A DNA stretch of 64,000 bases. It comes from Pseudogymnoascus verrucosus. Its lineage: Eukaryota. A program made the translations under genes and the position numbers. The notes beneath the pieces were generated by a model, which ran no database searches, was not told the origin of the DNA, and was given only the letters and a program-made list of their open reading frames with translations. This document shows positions 61,401-64,000 of the stretch, one piece after another; position 1 is the stretch's first letter, and each line of letters starts with the position of its first letter. The DNA is taken from the NCBI GenBank assembly GCA_001662655.1, contig KV460218.1; one strand, written 5' to 3'.

Positions 61401-64000
61401 CATCTCCAGGCCTCAACCCCGGACTGATGTCCGAGAGCCGGGCGCGAGCGGGTGGGTGGGCTACTGTGTGCCTGGCTGTCTGTCTGGTCATCACCCAAAG
61501 TTGGGCGGCTGGGTAAGTTGACTGCTGCCGTGTGTCTGGCTGGGTGTCTGGGTGCCTGGGTTGATAGATGGGTGTCTAGAGTTGTGTCTGTGGACCACCG
61601 CTCATCGCGATGCCTGTCCATATCGGCGCTTTTTATTTAGCGGGGACAACGGCGGCGGGTGGATGGATGGATGGGCTTACTTCCTGGGCTCACTTGGTTT
61701 GGTGCTGGGGGTACGGATGGGGAAGGGTTGGGGGGATGGGTTATGGATTGGGATGTGTGATGAGTGATATCCAACGGCGTGGCTTTGTGAAGCGCCCGCC
61801 TTCCTTCATCTCACTGCTGCATTGGATTGTATAACTGGATTGCGTGTGCGATGTGTGTATAAGTATGTCGTCTGTATAATTCTCTAAGAAGATGACAACT
61901 ATGCCATCTGTATAACTCTGTAAGAAAACGACAACGCCGTGCGTGCAGTATGTCCATCAAACAAACCCAACAACCTTTACAAACCCACACACCCCACCCA
62001 TCTACCAACTGCCACCTCCCGCCCCTTCCCATCTCGAACAACTTCCGCGACTTCTAACCTTCCATAGCCCACAGCGGAGATTACAACCTACACTTTCCTC
62101 TTCCTCTTCCGTCCCTCATCCCTCGTAAAAAAAACTCCTCCCTCCCCTCCGATATAGCTATAACCCACTAAGATTAGTCCCCTACTAGCTCAACGGCGGG
62201 CGGGCAAGGCAACCCACGTGGAAAACGCCCAGCCCAGCATGTGACCCCACTTTCCCTTCGTTTCTTCCTTCCTCCCAACAATCTAATCTCCCGATTCGGT
62301 GTTTCGAAACATTTGGGATCGGGAAGATGGGGGGTCACGTGAGGAGCCCCTTTGGGGGGGGTGCTGGATTGGGAAATTAGACAGATTAGACATGTTTTTA
62401 GTTGGTCGTGTGTGTGTGTGGTAAGGGATTGGTAAGAAAGCCTGGAATGGCGATGCGAGGGGGGATGGATGGGATGAGGTGTCGATTTCCGACATCTGGT
62501 GGCGGCGGCTAGAATTCCCTACCCAGCTGTGAGGATGATGTGGTGGTGAAAGATATCTTTCGTCAGCTCAGCGTATCGCCCACTCACTTGCCACCCCCCT
62601 ATTTTCTTATTCTCCCCCTTCCTCTCCCTCCTCTCCCTCCTCTCCCTCCTCTCCCTCTCCTCGCCTTCTCCCACTCTCCCTTTCCCTCCTCCCCTCACCC
62701 ACTCACCCAACTCGCGCACTCACCGAACTCGCGCACTCACCCAACTCACCCCTCCATCTTACGCACAGTACCAAAAAAACGACCTATCTCACACCCCCTC
62801 ACCTCCCTCGCCACAATGTCATGACACCTGTCTCACCAACCTCATCTGATCTTAGCCATGTCTCAGACCGCCCTTACTCGCCAAAGTACGCCTCACTTCC
62901 ATACATACCTACTTCCATACATCCATACATACACACTTCCACCCACCTACATACACTACCACCCGCCCCGTCCGCTTCGGGAAGAGGACCAAGACCTTCA
63001 AGGAGAGACGAAGCCTCGGCGTAGACCAAGAAGAAGCGTGTATCCCGCCCCTATAACCTCTCTAGGCATACGTGCGTCGCTCGATATGGTGTTAGACTAC
63101 GAAAGGGCGGCACGATGGGCTGGATTGGGGGTGATGGCGGGATAGGTGGTCGATCCCATCCGCGGCGGCGGCGGTGGTGGTGGTGGATGCGGTGGATTGG
63201 GGGGGTCCGCTCGCTGCTGGTGCTGGTGCTACTGCTGTATCCCTGAGAGGCGTAGAATGGGGTTGTACTTCTGGCGCGGCGCTGTTGTGCTTCCGTAGCT
63301 GCCGGTGTTGATGCTACTGACGCCTACTAACACTGTATTACCATACCAACACCACTGATGCTGCTTGCTACCATTACCAACAACGCACAGAGACCCTTCC
63401 TTCCTTCCCCACGGATCCCGTTCCCGCATCGCTTACACCAGACGACCACCACGTACCACCAACCAACCGTCCTCCCAACCCACGAATGCATGCAAGAAGC
63501 CACCCACCACCCACACCCACCCAGCCAGACAACCAGATCGGGACCGCGGATAAGTAGTTGTTGCATACGCCCGCCGCGCTATGGACTCGTTAGCGCCAGG
63601 GGGGGAGATGCATAACTCCTCCCGTGTGGATGCACTATTTTAGTGTTGCTTTTTTTTGCGGGAGGAGAGAGAAGAGAAGAAGGTGAGAAGTGATGGATTG
63701 GCGGGTATGGGGGGTTGGAGTCCGCGGAGGAGGGATGGGGGGGAGGGGGGTTATGCGGTATGATGGGGGTTATGTGATATGGGGGATAGGTTACGTGGAC
63801 TGGACTGGATTGGTGATACTATGACGGTGCGTGCGTGCTGGAATGGATGGAATGGATGGGCGGCTGTAACGGGGGTGTAACTTCTGTCATTAAAGGGCGG
63901 GTTGGTGATGTTACGAGTTTGTTATATGTAGTATTTAGTTTAGTTGTTGGTGGTAGGTAGGTAAAGGGCGTATGTAGACCACGGTATCTTTAGAGAAAAT

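Overview
Eukaryotic, intron-containing genomic DNA from a filamentous ascomycete (short GT-AG introns with CTRAC branch sites; compositional style suggests a Leotiomycete such as Pseudogymnoascus, which is inference only). About 16 intact or near-intact protein genes were reconstructed by hand: a 5'-truncated WD-repeat/TPR protein, a CHR chromate transporter, an orphan 435-aa protein, nrc-2/KIN82-type AGC kinase, UPF3, SIT4/PP6 phosphatase, SSP120, ORC6, a secreted Cys-domain/charged-helix protein, a GH28 enzyme, an NPP1-like protein, BCD1, a DENN protein, two NLRs and TYW2/TRM12. There is also an intron-containing tRNA-Ser(GCT). The most notable region is a ~12.5 kb accessory block (about 43100-55700) between two housekeeping genes. 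It holds two convergent fungal NLRs (SesB-like lipase-NB-ARC-TPR and HeLo-like-NACHT-ANK) interleaved with two apparently RIP-mutated pseudogenes (a DEDD 3'-5' exonuclease and a protein with an RxxxxH motif), consistent with a candidate fungal immunity island. Other oddities: a 187-codon in-frame extension behind the DENN stop codon, an apparent frameshift in BCD1, an inverted 128-bp paralogous remnant of the orphan gene 20 kb away, a GC-AG intron, and oscillating C-rich/G-rich strand skew. All exon coordinates are manual and family calls are from motif recognition, not database searches.
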